Notes under the pieces: generated by a model
Told to the model about the DNA's origin: nothing
The model's input: the letters and a program-made list of their open reading frames with translations, nothing else
The model's database searches: none
Translations under genes and position numbers: made by a program
DNA from: the human T2T-CHM13v2.0 reference genome, Homo sapiens
DNA: 64,000 nucleotides
Strand: one strand, 5' to 3'
Assembly: GCF_009914755.1 (NCBI RefSeq)
Contig: NC_060926.1
Shown here: piece by piece, positions 15,861 through 28,527 of the stretch
Layout: each line of letters opens with the position of its first letter
How positions within the stretch are numbered: position 1 is the stretch's first letter

Positions 15861-16004
15861 TGTAGATATATCCAGAAGGTTCTTTGCTGCTGTTATGTTT
15901 CCCAAAACAGATCAGGTGGTGTTATTACCCTCAGAAGAATATCCTCCTTGTCTACTTTAAAAACAAAATCTAAATACTTAAATAAGATCTGGTGCTTCGC
16001 TTCC

Positions 16005-16411
16005 TTTGATGGTTTTCTGTGTCAACATGATTGGGCAATGGGGTGCCCACACATTTGGTCAAATATAATTATGGTTGTGTTTGTTAGAGTATTTCTGAAT
16101 GAGATTAACATTTGACTTAGTAGACTGGGTGAAGCAGATTGCCTTCCCTGATGTGAGTGTGCCTCATCTAGTCAATTGAAGACGTAAATGGAACAAAAAA
16201 CACTAAGTAGCAGAGAACTCCTCTAACCTGATGCTTGAGAAGGGACCTTTGTCTTCTCCTTCTCTTGAAGAGGAACTTAACCATCAGATCTCCTGGTTCT
16301 TCAGCTTGCTGACTGCAGTTCTCCATAGTAATGTGGGTCCATTTCTTATGATAATTCTCTTTACCCTTACTGCTCTGCATACTCATCTACTTTCTGTATT
16401 CAGTGAACACA
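16005..16411 (+). mobile_element. MLT2 (ERVL) solo LTR
   Basis: 'gatggttttctgtgtcaacatgattgggcaatggggtgccc..gagattaacatttga..agtagactgggtgaagcagattgccttccc' is MLT2-like. The 5-bp TSD is approximately CTTCC/ATTCC. Confidence 0.8.
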
Positions 16412-17189
16412 ATTCCAGAAGACAGCAGTGTTGAAACTATCGTAGACCAGTGAGAGGATGCTGGTTTGGAAGAGCTATAATTTCAACAAATAAAGCATAG
16501 GAGGAATAAGTGGATACAAGGAAGAACCCTGGTAGCAATACATATTGAGAACTGTAGATTTTGGACAACTCTTTCTGCATAAGTTGTGAGAGAACCAGCA
16601 ATGCTCTTCAGAAGAGATGCTCTAATTTCAATGGGAAAATGTTTGAAAATGTCAGGCTTAACACTGGACACTAGCCTAGAAACAAAGCATATCTCCCTGA
16701 CATCCAGTGCTAGATCTAGAAAGTGGGACCAGGGGAAATAAATACATTTTATTGATTAACAAACGCTGATACCTCACAGACCTATGTTCATTCAATAGAA
16801 AAATAAAATAGAAGGATAAATGATCATCTTGACCACTCAAATGAAGATTGGGCATCTGAAAATGATTTATCATGGTTAGTAGCAGAAGATATGGAATGCT
16901 AGTTAGCACCTTCAATAGAAATCAAGAAGAGATGACCTTAATGAAATAGTATCAGAATATTATAGAAAGAAGAGGTTTGGAAAACATATAAAGAAGACAG
17001 TTGTGAAAGAAAAGAATGATTAAATGTAATCTGACAAGTGCAATAATAGATTCTACATTGTCAACTATAAAAAGAACAAATGATGCTGCTAAAAATGGAA
17101 ACACTAACATGAAGAACAGTGCTGTGAATTCTCTCAATGGCAGATACAAAAAGAGAGATAATGGTACATTCACTATGAAGGAACAGATT

Positions 17190-20118
17190 GGCAGTTTTTA
17201 AAAAGTTAAACATAGCCTTATACAACCCAGCAATTGCACTCCTAGATACTTACCCAATTGAGATGAAAATGTTTAAGTCCATATAAACCTGCGTGCAAAT
17301 GTTTATAACTGTTTTATTTACAAATACCAAAAAACTGTAAGTAACTATGATGCCCTTTAATAGATTAATGGACAAACACAGTGTGGTACTTCCAAACAAT
17401 GGAATATTATTCAGCAATAAAAGGAAATAAGCTATCAAGCTACAAAAAGACATGAGTGAATCTTAAATGCAATCTAAGTAAAAGAAGCTGTTGGAAAATG
17501 CTTCATAGTGTATGATTCCTATTATGTGATCTTCTGGAAAAAGCAAATCTATACAGACAATAAAAAGATCTGTGGTTGCCAAGGGTTTGAGTGCAGAGGA
17601 TGAGGGTTAAACGGTTGAAGCACAGAGGGTTTTTAGAGCAGTGAAACTATTCCGTATGATACTATAATGGTGGAGACATGACATTATACATGTTTCAAAA
17701 CCTGTAGAACTGCACAGAACAAATAGTGAATCTTAGTGAATGCAAAGTAAAAACAAAATCATTTTGAGTGTGAAGGGATCCCAGGGAGGAATACAGACTG
17801 TGACAGGGGAATCCGATTGTATTTAAAAAAGTGTATGAAACAATCTCACTGAAGGGTCTGTAAAGGAAAGGCACTGACCTAAGTAACATTGGAAATAAGT
17901 GCTGTCTGTAAGATTAAAGGCAACGGTACTCGAGTTGTTAATGTTGTCTCCCATGGGGTATGAGTCAACAATCCTGATGCTGCTATAAATGGATATCAGA
18001 ATTGGACACTTAAATAAACAGACAGCAGAGGGTGGGAGTCACGTTTTTCATTGTTGGAGTGGGAAATTTACAAATAAGCAATAGAGGAAGCTAGAATGAA
18101 CTATGTGGTAATGGATTAGAGCTGGAGAAAACAGTATAAACTCATGTTTAGGTTAACATACATACAGATAGTCGCATATGTAGAAATATTTGTACTATGT
18201 GTACATACATGGGTTAGTATATACATATATATTTATTTACTTTTTCAGCTGAGGGGGCCTAAAATAAATCATATACCAGTAGCAATGAGAGCACTTCTAA
18301 TTGCTCAGATCCTGGGTTTTGACACCATTGTCCAATAGCTTCTTGGAGAAACGGCTGATTCTAGGACTGGGCAAGAATTATGCAAGATGAGCCTGGAGCC
18401 CCTTGTAGTTTCAGAAAGCAAGTGCCTCCCTCTTCACCAAAAACTCCTACACTGATGACTCTGTGTCAAAGGGACATGGAAATCAATTTAAATAGCTTCC
18501 AGTTGCTTAAGTGGCAACAATTTTAGCAGCAAAATTAACAACAAAGTAATGAATTATAATCCAAAGTATGAAGTAATAACCATGAGTTTATACTGAGAAT
18601 ACGTAAATGATTAAATAAATAAATAAGAAAGAAGAGTCAAATCTCCTTTGCAGTAGAACTCCAGATTATTTCTGAAGATACTCCACCCTCGAGAGAGTGC
18701 CATAAATTCACACTTTGGAAGTGTGGGCCATGCATAGTGGCTTCTTTCTGAGGACTGGGGTATGGGGAGGGCCACCTTTACAGGGTAACTTTAGAGTAAC
18801 TTTCCAGTGGGGAAACTGACAAACACTGTCTCAGCCAGGTTGTCTATCAAGGCAATAGAAACAGTAATAAATTATATTGACTGTATGTATTTTGACATGA
18901 TGTGATAAAAATGCCTCTGTGGTCTTCCTCTTAAAAAACAATAACTCTGATCTAATCATGAGAAGAATATCAGATAAATTTAAACAGAGAGGGTCTCCTT
19001 TAAAATACTTGATCAGTGCTTCTTAAAACTATCAAGGTCATCAAAAACTAGAAAACTAAAAGAAACTGTACAGCCAAGAGAAGCTTGTTTTGAGAGCCGC
19101 CGGCTGACATGGGGTTCTAATGCTGGACGTGGGTGTTTACAGTGTGGTTTTCACAGGATGGTTCTTTTACCTGGCAGATGGTCTAATGCCTAGCTGCCTG
19201 ATCCACGCCCAGGAGGTCCATCACACAGGAAACTTTTTTATACTGGAAGATGCCCTTGTGGGTCTTGTCTGACCAGCGTCCAGTTTATTCCTGCCTGACC
19301 ATTGCTCTGGCACTGGGAGCCCTACCTTTTGTTCTCTGTGGTGTTCTGGGGACAACCCAGTCTAGAGTAGCTCCTGGTTCTTTAGATGGAAGGTGAAATT
19401 TAATATTCCATCACAATAGGAAACAAGTTCAGAGACTTATTTACAGGCAATAAATAAGTCCTAGGCAAGGGGGACATAATGAATCAGGAAGGCAATCCTC
19501 TGTCCCCAGGTCATACGAGGCAGGAATGGAGAGTTAGGCAGAGATAGCAAGACAGCCAGTGTGGCAGCTAGCAGTACATACAGGGGAAGAGGGTGTGGGT
19601 CACTTTAAGTTTGTGGGAAAAAGCATGAATGGCCTGTTTAAAGCAAAGGGCCACAAAAGCAGGACACTCAATTTCCTAGGCAGTAGAGATACCTCTAAGT
19701 TATTATCTGCCTACAGGCTTGAGGCATTTGGGCGTGGTATAAAACTAGAAACCGTGTGAAGGGTAACTGAGCCTGGCTTTTAGTCTGAGAAATTTAAACT
19801 TCTATTAAAGATGGATGCTGAAGCAACATAAAATTGTAAGAATTCACTACAGAGCTTAAGGAGACATGACAAGTTAATGTAATGTGGTCTCCTGGATGGA
19901 ATTCTGGAATAGAAAATGGCATTAAGAGAAAACAAAGGAAATCTGAATAAACGTTAGTTAATAATAATGTATCAATATTGGCTCATTGATTACAGTAAAT
20001 GTACCATACTAATGTAAGTGTGCATAAAAGGGGATCTTAGTGGGTGGAGTATATAAGAATTCTCTGTATTATCTTCTCAAATTTTCCATTAATCTAAAAC
20101 TGTTCTAAAAAATAAAGT
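17190..20118 (+). mobile_element. L1MC-type (L1MC3-like) 3' end with long 3'UTR, interrupted by an LTR at 19086-19851
   Basis: 'aacccagcaattgcactcctag', 'gtgaaactattccgtatgatactataatggtgga' and 'cagccaagag|..|taaggagacatgacaag', ending 'tgttctaaaaaataaagtct'. Confidence 0.85.
19086..19851 (-). mobile_element. ERVL-class solo LTR (MER54-like), antisense
   Basis: TG...CA ends. The reverse complement starts 'tgtagtgaattcttacaattttatgttgcttcagcatccat'. The 5-bp TSD is AAGCT/GAGCT and the L1MC sequence is contiguous across it. Confidence 0.8.
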
Positions 20119-20333
20119 CTATCTAAAAACATTGCAATGCATATTCATAAATACCAAAACCCCAATAGAAAAATCAATAAAGATCATGAACAGAAAGTTT
20201 ACATACATACAAATAGTTATTTTTAAAAAATATTGCCTCACACATAATAAAGAAATGCACCTAAAAACCATGATACATATTGTACATTTTTTCACCCATA
20301 GGAATGAAAAAGAGAAAACAAATTGGTAACTCA

Positions 20334-20808
20334 TGGTAGTGGTTTCAAAATATATCCACAAATCCTCTGATACTTCTTGGTTCAAGAAGTTAGGTTTAAT
20401 TTCTCTTCCTTTGAGTATGGGCTGGACTTACTGACCCACTTCTAATAAAGAAAATATAACAGAAGAGATGGGTTGTGACTTCTGTGACTAGGTCATGAAA
20501 GGCATTTTTGTTTCCTACTTACTGTTTCTCTTGGATTATTTGCTCTGAGAAAAGCCAGTTACTGCATCCAAGGGCACTCAAGCGTCCCTATGAAGTCCAC
20601 GTGGTGAGGAACCGAGGTCTTCTGCCAACGACAGCCAGGAACTGAGGCCTTTTGCCAATAGTCATTTTGGAAGTGAATCCTCTAGCTGTGGCTAAACCTT
20701 CAGATGGCTGCAGCCCTGGCCAACCTTGTGAGGTAGAAATAACTAGCTAAGGTCATCTCAAATGCCAAATTCACAAAATCTGTGAGACAATAATTTTTTT
20801 TAAGTTGC
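20334..20808 (+). mobile_element. MLT1F/G-like MaLR LTR
   Basis: 'gtggtttcaaaatatatccacaaatcctctgatac..gagtatgggctggacttactgacccacttctaa..ccacgtggtgaggaaccgagg..ttcagatggctgcagccctggccaac'. Confidence 0.8.
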
Positions 20809-21834
20809 AAAAGAGAGAGAGAGAAGAAGAGGGAGAAAGTTAGGAATGGAAGAAGGGAGGAAGATTGAAAGGAAGCAAAAAATAAAAGTATTGAAGGAGA
20901 AGTTGATAGACACGGAGGATAGAGAATGGAGCTCCAATAGAAAATGATGATATAAGCCATAGTCAATTATATAAAAGGAGAAACTTTCTTGAGCTTTAAA
21001 AGTATCTGAGTATGCTGATTTAAGATCTTAATTATATTTCAAACCCCCCAAAATGAGAACCCTAAGTTGAATCCAAAACAGAGTTATGCAAATGTCCTGG
21101 TAGGAAGAAAAAAAAGGAAAAAGAAAAAGAAACAAAACAAGTTATTTTTAAGGAATACACATGACCTCAGATATTTTTGTTGCTGTTTTCTGCTGTATTA
21201 AACTACAGCAGAAAATTTTAAAATGTATATAGAATTTGGGGGCAATAAGTGGTGGTGCAAGAATTTGTACATAGGCAAGGTAGTCTTTTATCGGGGGAAA
21301 CAATAAATATTCCTCAGTGAAATATAGACGGAGTTATTATTAAAAAAATAACTTTACTGAAATTCTTCACTGAAAAAAAAGATTGATATTTACTATGGCC
21401 ATGAAAAAGATGAATTAGGAATAAGACAATTGTCGTATAAAGAGATTAATGTTTCTTACCTGCTTCTAGGAATGTATTTTTAGAAAATATTATAAAATTT
21501 ATGCTGCATTGGTATTATTATTATTATATAGTATTAATGAATATCCTTAAAATGATATTGAGTATTGACCTTTAAATGACAATGAATAACATCATTTTAA
21601 TAATGACCTAGAATACTGATGAACAGGATGATTTGGTAATGTCATAGAACGCACATTAGATTAAATGTCAGATTATCAAAAATAATGCAAAACTGGAGAT
21701 GGGAGAGAGAAAAAGAGAAAGTTAGATTTCAACCGTTCTTGTTTTTAAGTTGAATATTGGACTTAAAAATATTGGAGAGTATAATATCAAAAGCATAGGT
21801 GTGATCATTTTAGGATAGAAGGGTATAGAGCGAT

Positions 21835-22277
21835 GTGTAAGTTAGAGAATAAACTATGGTAATGAAGAAGTCAATAATGTAGTGGCTCAAATGAAACAGA
21901 AGGGTGATTATTTCTCATTCAGTAGTCAGGAAGCAAGCTTGTAGTTTAGATTTGGTAGGAGACTGTGCTCTTAAAACTCATTCAGGAACTCTGTTTCTCT
22001 AACATTCCTGAGGGTATGGTCCTTGTCCATTTGCTTAAAGCTGGTCCACTATGCCAATCTGTGATATAGACTATGGGAATGTGGGATAAATAGATTTCTT
22101 ATAAAAATGTGATTTAGAAGGTATATATCACTTCTAGTTGGATACCCTCATGTAGCTACAACAGATCCCAGAGAAGACTGTCTTGAGCTGGGCTTCAGTG
22201 TGCCATACTGAAATGCAGTGGATACTAAAAGAAGAAGAAAAAGAACATAGAAGGTGTTTTAAGCCATGTCTAATACA
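21835..22277 (-). mobile_element. Old MLT1 (J/K-like) LTR, highly diverged
   Basis: 'aatgtagtggctcaaatgaaacagaagggtgattatttctcattc..ctcattcaggaactc' resembles antisense MLT1. Confidence 0.4.
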
Positions 22278-23479
22278 AGAGGACTTTTTCTTATTAATAT
22301 TTTTCTATAATTTTTAATTTAAAAATGGGTATGTATTCCATTTATAATTCTGAAATGGCACACGTGCATGCACACACATACAAACCTGAAAAAAGAAATC
22401 CTCACTGGGTTTGTTCTATAATACCTCTTTTAAAAAGGTCACCCGTTATAGGTACCTGCATACTGTACAGATACTTTGCTCCTTTATTCAGATTTCTAAT
22501 TTAAACATCAAGGAAGGAACAATGAAATGAATGCTCTAATAGAATACATAATCTCAGAGTAATTTCTCTAGCCCTTTCTAATAGACCAGAATTTTGTTTT
22601 TATTTTATTATGTGTTTACAGCAGATCAGCCCTTCTGAATATAGTTGTTAGTTTGAGTAATAAATTGAGAATAGATTAACTGAGATAAGCCCAGCTTAGA
22701 TCCAGGAGGAACTGGCTGAAATGTTGTAGGTAGTGGTGGGAAGTTGTCCTGGTAAGAAATTCCCACAGATTAACTAGAATTTACTACACATCACTATTTT
22801 ATATCTGGTTTTGATATTATGCTTTCTAACGGGATGGATAACAACACTTCCCTTCCTGTGGATTAGAGAGAAATCTTATGAGTTTCTCCAAAGAGTGCAA
22901 AAACTTCAGGCCTATTTGTTTCCAATTATAGGCTTTGACTTTTACATCAAACCTCATGTTCATTTTTAAATTTTGAATCATCAGTGGGTTTTAAAATATT
23001 GCTAATTACAGGAGGCATAAATGTTAAAGTGTTAAAAATACTAAAAGTGAACAACCTTCCAGAAAAAAATGTTTTCAGTTGAATTTCTCAACTAATGAAA
23101 ATGACAATGACAATGTGGGTGTTATTTAGTTGTCTATTTTATCTGACAAACACATGTGATGCGATGACACATGAAACACAAAATTATTGATGAAATATGA
23201 AAGCTATTGAATGGAAAACATTGGGCATGGATAGGATGGTTTTATAACTGGTAGAAAATGTTCATTTAGGGAAAAGATAATTGTTCTGCCAATCTAGATC
23301 CTGTGGATTTAACAGTCTACTTGGGTGTTTTCCATAGCTGCGCCATTTCCCCCTATAATTATGGTGTCAACTTTTAAGTAAATATAACCACTTAATAATC
23401 TTGATATTGGAGGTCAATATTAGCAGCCAGTTATGGTATAAAATGGTTGCTTTAAGCTTAAAATGAATGGATAATAAAG

Positions 23480-23600
23480 TTGATAATAACAGCTAACACT
23501 TACTATGGGGACAGGCATATTTGAAGCATTCCCTGCATTAATTCATTTAATACAATAGTCTTCTGAGGTACGTGTTATTACTATCCACACTTTACAGATA
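23480..23600 (-). mobile_element. MIR fragment
   Basis: 'ataataacagctaacacttac..attaattcatttaat..gaggtacgtgttattactatccacactttacagat'. Confidence 0.7.
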
Positions 23601-23614
23601 AATAATTCCTTTCT

Positions 23615-23734
23615 TTAATTCCTTTAATACTTTTTCTGGGTGTGTATATGTGTTTTAGAATGTTCAGTGAGGATGTTAATTCCTTTGATACTTTTTCAGG
23701 GTGTATATGTGTTTTAGAATGTTCACTGAGGATG
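23615..23734. repeat. Tandem duplication of a ~60-bp unit (2 copies)
   Basis: 23615-23675 and 23676-23734 both read ttaattccttt(a/g)atactttttc..gtgtatatgtgttttagaatgttca(g/c)tgaggatg. Confidence 0.95.
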
Positions 23735-24040
23735 TTTGTGTGTTCCTGCCATAGACGGTTAGCAGAGAGTAGATTGCAAAAAGAAAAGTAAGTTATTAGA
23801 GGAATATCTCCAAGAAGTCAGTTATAATCCCAAATATGTGGCTGTCTACTAGAAGAGTAGGTGGCACTCCTCTGACCAGCAGGCCAAGAATGGGCTGTGC
23901 TGGACAACTAAAAGTGGTGTCTTCTAGAAAGGAAAGGCATTCAGGTAGTGGTAATGAAGGAGAAAGAAAAGGAGAAAAAGAAGGAAGAGGCAGAGGAAAT
24001 AATAACATTTATTGAGCACCTGCTATGAGGTAGATGCTGT

Positions 24041-24531
24041 TGAAATTGACCCAGTTGTCCTATAGAGCTGATGTTTATGGTTTCCTTGAATAAACAGAAA
24101 CTGATCCCAGTCTTAAACTTGAGAAAGTTATATTTGTCTTATCTGAGTTCCCTTCTCAGGAAACCAACCATCAGGCCTCCTAGACAGTAGCAAGGAGCTG
24201 CAACTCACCAGATCACTGCATTTGGACAATAAGATTTCAGACCCCTCGCCCCCTCATGATTGCCTAACCAACCACCTGCTTCTGTTGATCAACTCCTCTT
24301 CCTTATCCCTCCCTAATTCATATTTTCCCACACATGGTTACATTTTTTCCCTGCTATACAGACCACCTAGTTTTAGTCAGTCAGGAAGATGGACGTGGGA
24401 CTGATCTCCCACCTCCTTGGCTGTAGCACCCAATTAAAGCCTTCTTCCTTGGAAATACCCATTGTCTCAGGGATTGGCTTTGTGTGGGGTGAGCAGCAGA
24501 ACTAGACTGAATTCCTGGTGTTTTGTTAACA
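24041..24531 (+). mobile_element. ERV solo LTR (LTR47A-like) inserted into a MIR
   Basis: TGAAATTGACCC...GTTAACA termini with CTGT duplicated at 24037-24040 and 24532-24535. There is an internal ATTAAA poly(A) signal, and MIR-like sequence lies on both flanks. Confidence 0.8.
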
Positions 24532-25374
24532 CTGTATTTGCATTACAGTGATTGTCTCTACATACAGATGAGATACATGAGACACTGAGAAATGGATACC
24601 ACTGAGGTCATGGCCAGGAGGTGGCAGTGCAAAGATTCCTACCCAAGCTTCCTCATCTGTGAACAGAACAGGAAGGCCTCGGTAAATAGGTACATGTTGA
24701 CAAGCAACAACCTACTCAAAACTCATCTTTTTGTATTAATGCATCATGTGACTCCCTCGTTTGGACTTCTGCAGGAACATGTCAGGTAAGTAGGTCCTCA
24801 TTATGTCTTGTATCTGTTGGCATATTCATATTCCATGCAGGCATAGCTTGTTTGTTCAGCTAGAGCAAGTGCTTCTTTAAAACCAACGTTTTGTTTCTTT
24901 CACTCATAGTTTTTGCTATGTAGCCTCAATCAGTGTAGCCTTCAATAAACTATTTAACAAGGCTTTAGTAAAGTGAAAATAGGTACGTGCAGGCTGGGGC
25001 AGGTGAACCAACATGTATTTTCTCTGTTTCATTTTACTTATTGTTTGGACAAGTTCCACGGACTCCACCCTGCACGTCTTTGCTCATGGGTTCCTTCTAT
25101 CTGAAATAGCTTTCTATCCTGTCAATGTTCTTCAATGTCCATTTTAAATGTTACACAGTCCAAGCAACGTTCTCTGATCCTCACACATGTATGGATCTCT
25201 CCCTCTATTGTTCTTCCAACTTCTAAATAATACTTATCTCAGTACGTGTAATTTCCCACAGGGGTCTGTGGCAGTCCCCAGCATACTGACTTGTACACCC
25301 ACCCACCCCAGGGTTTCCGCCTGGGATCACCCAGGTATCTGTATGACTCATTCACTTGGCTCAAGTCTCTCATC

Positions 25375-25805
25375 AGAGAGGGCTTCCTTTCTGGATTCTG
25401 CAGGAGCCGACTCTCAGACAAAGATTAGAGAGGCAAGTAGTTTTATGTGGGTGGTGGTCCCAGGAAGCTTCTGTAGCAGAGATGGAAAGAGGAGAAAGGC
25501 AAGACAGGGTGTACTAACAAGCAAGGGGGGAGCTGAAGCCCAGCACACCCCTCAGAGTTCCCCTTCCCCACAGGGGAGCAAGCTAGAGCTTTATTCTCCA
25601 TCTCCCTTCCTGTCCTTGGGTGAACGTCACTTCTGGGGGCATGACCTCTCTAAGACCTTGACTTCCACCTGGGAAGATGCCCTGTGCTCCCACAGGAAAG
25701 AAAGACTCCAAGAGAGCTGCAGATGTTCCCAGTATCTGACCTTTGGGATGTGGAAGAGGGTGTAGGTGACGTGGGTCTGGCACAACCAAATGCACACAGC
25801 CACAA
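25375..25805 (-). mobile_element. LTR16-like (ERVL) LTR within an L2 remnant
   Basis: 'gccgactctcagacaaagattagagaggcaagtagttttatgtgggtggtggtcccaggaagc' matches the antisense LTR16 end. An L2 terminus follows at ~25900-26010. Confidence 0.65.
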
Positions 25806-25899
25806 CATCTATGATATTTCCCCCTTGCTTCTGTTTATGTCCTTACTTTACTTTCATTAGCTTCATAGCAGATACCTCCACTTGCTACAGATTTCAAAC

Positions 25900-26010
25900 T
25901 CAAAAGCACATGGACTTATTCTTTTTAATCTCTTGTGGTACCCCCAGAACAACATCTGGCACATAGTAGGTGCTGCACGAATACCAATGAAATAAATAAG
26001 TGAATAAATA
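25900..26010 (+). mobile_element. L2 3' end
   Basis: 'catctggcacatagtaggtgctgcacgaatacc..aataaataagtgaataaa'. Confidence 0.7.
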
Positions 26011-26334
26011 TATGTTACATTTAAAGATTAATTCACTACATTGTTTTATGTATTTTTAATTCACAAATAATTTTATAACTTTCAGTGCATCATTTCTTCA
26101 ATTTTGTATTTCAAAGATTCTATTTTTTAGTGCATATTGCCACTTAAGTATTTGAAAACGACTTTAACTTAGGCAATTGTAAAGTTGCTGCAACAACTTT
26201 GGCTCAGTTTAGTTTTATTGTATTTTTCAATATATTTCATACTTTTCAATAAAATGGGAAGTCTTTAGGTCAAACATTTCTTTATTTTATCACATTTTGG
26301 GAAAAAACTATGCTACATTATCACAACTATACGT

Positions 26335-26436
26335 GTCTATATCCTCTATCATCTATTCATGTCTATATCTTCTTTCGTCCATCAATATCTTCTATCTATT
26401 ATCTATTTTCTATCTATATCTTCTGTCTATCTATAT
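26335..26436. repeat. Degenerate (TCTA)n simple repeat
   Basis: Repeated tctatc/tctat units. Confidence 0.75.
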
Positions 26437-26499
26437 GAAAGGAATAATCGTATCACTATCATATGTAATACATATGTATGCATTGGTCATGGTGATATA

Positions 26500-26670
26500 G
26501 TAATTTGACAAAGAAAAACTCCTCAGATAAGGATGTTTTGCTTCATAGATGAGGAAACTGAGACTCAGTGTTTTTGTGAGTTACGCATGGTCATGTTGCT
26601 AAACCGTGGCAGACCAGGACTGGGATCCAGGTTGCTCTGTTAGAAAAGTGTTTTTTCCACCATACCATGG
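26500..26670 (-). mobile_element. MIR
   Basis: 'catagatgaggaaactgagactcag..ggtcatgttgctaaaccgtggcagaccaggactgggatccagg'. Confidence 0.8.
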
Positions 26671-28288
26671 AGTCTTTTTCCATAAACTGCTGTATTATAT
26701 GTATAAGCCACTTCCCTTTTGCATGGCGTGGCTCTTAAAAGAAGAGCACTTTAAATATTAGTTAATCCCAAGTGAACATTTGAGTTTGAGTGATATGATT
26801 ATTCCTTCCTTATACATAAAGGGAGACATCTGTGTGAGGCTGAAAGATTGGCCATAGGTCAGAAGAATGATTTGTTTGAATTCAGAGGTTATCCTTGGAT
26901 ATTGGAAAAGCCCTTGCTTATGGCTCAGAGAGAAAAAGTTATGCAAATCAGGACGCTGTGTTTCTGCCTTCAGCCCATCTGGGCCTTGATTAAATAAACA
27001 CAATTTCCCCTGTAATCTTTATCTTAGCATGTGCTCCCTCTCTTAACCCTTGAGCCATTTCTATATGAGGCCAATTCAGCTTGAGTGATTTTCTTTCATT
27101 TAGTGGACTTTATTTTTGCCTAGATTGACTGAATATTGGGGCATCATTTACCATCAGCAACATATGAGAATTCTTTGTGTAGGGGAAACGTTGAAATCAA
27201 TGTGTTATTACAAGGGGTTGAATTGCAGTAACCCATAGAAATCATCTTATCATTGTCATTGTCTCCTGTAATCTATTCTCTCCCTTTCTAATACAAAGCA
27301 TGAGGAAAGTTTAGCCAACCTGATGGTTGTATGTCTGTTTCCAGAAACATAAGCACCAGACTTAAAGCACACCACCCACGCTGCCCAGATGGCAAAATGC
27401 TTCAGCCTTCACTGATGTCTTACAGTGCTGCAGAGGCATGTGTCTGTGCTGGCCGGCCTGGGCCTGGCAAATGATGTGCCGTCTTCTTTCTGTGCACAGC
27501 AGCTCAAAAACCATGATGAGGCTTCGTCTGCTGGAATGAACAGATATCAATTTAAGCAGTTGGCCTCTGAAATTTCATTCACATTTATGGACATTTCTAT
27601 TTTTCTACATTTAAACCTCAGGAAGTAGATCAGAGATTGCAAATTTCCTCCCATAAGCAGGGACACAGGTTTCCAGAATGTGAGTGTGTATGTTTATTTC
27701 AGATTGAGCATGTGTGCTTGAGAGAGACAGAGAGATAGGAAGAAACAAGTCTTTCTACGGGACACTTGGTTGACCCATAAATTCACTTTTCTTGTTGGGG
27801 TTAGTTTCTTCTTTATTATTTCCTATCTCATCTTATCTTGGGTTTATTTGGCCATTTCTTTTACTAAGTTCTTGAAACAAATGCTTGGCTTATTAGTTTT
27901 CCAACTCTCCTTTTTTTCTAAGATAGGCATTCAATAGAGCCCACACATCTTCTATGGTCATTAATTCCTGAGCCTTCATTATTCCTGCAAATGTTCATGT
28001 GGTTGGGCCTGACAAGTACTGCTCAGGGCTGATTTGTGCCCGTGAAGGTCCTGGCCAGCACAGTTAACCCATTTATGACCCACTGCTGCTGAAGGATGGG
28101 AACAGATGTCTAGTTCTTCTTGACATATTGACTCTGTCACATTGGGGCCTGCCCCAGCAGCCAGGTCCATAGAACAGCAGCAGCAGCAATTACCACTCCA
28201 CGCTGCCACTTAGGGTCTCACAAATTGTGCACTGCATAGTTCCTGGGAGTGACAGCCCTTCACAATTGTCAGAGACTTGTGTACTTAC

Positions 28289-28527
28289 TGCTGTGGTCTG
28301 AATGTGTGTGGGCCACAGAATTCATATGTTGAAATAATAACCCCAAAATGATAGTATTAGGAGGTGAGGCCTTTGAAGAGGATTAGTGCCTAATCCCAAT
28401 TCCCACTTTCTAATGGCACCTTGTTCTTGAAATTCTCAGCCTTCAGAACTGTGAGAAACAAATTTCTGTAGTTTGTAAGTCACCCAATTTATGGCATTTT
28501 TGTTATAACAGCCTAAACAGACTAACA
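28289..28527 (+). mobile_element. MLT1A-like MaLR LTR with internal deletion
   Basis: 'tgctgtggtctgaatgtgtgtg..aattcatatgttgaaat' through 'ttataacagcctaaacagactaaca'. TSD CTTAC at 28284-28288 and 28528-28532. Confidence 0.88.

Noticed and set aside
25187-25765. Longest ORF (192 aa, + strand)
   Set aside because: It runs across L2 and antisense LTR16-like sequence and has no recognisable domain. It is most likely a chance ORF in a GC-richer repeat.
27510-27575. C/D-box snoRNA-like motif pair (ATGATGA...CTGA)
   Set aside because: There is no convincing terminal stem and no recognisable rRNA/snRNA guide, so it is expected by chance.
27979-28209. Cys-rich 76-aa ORF on the - strand
   Set aside because: The Cys run comes from a short (CAG)4 repeat, and there is no domain spacing or splice support.
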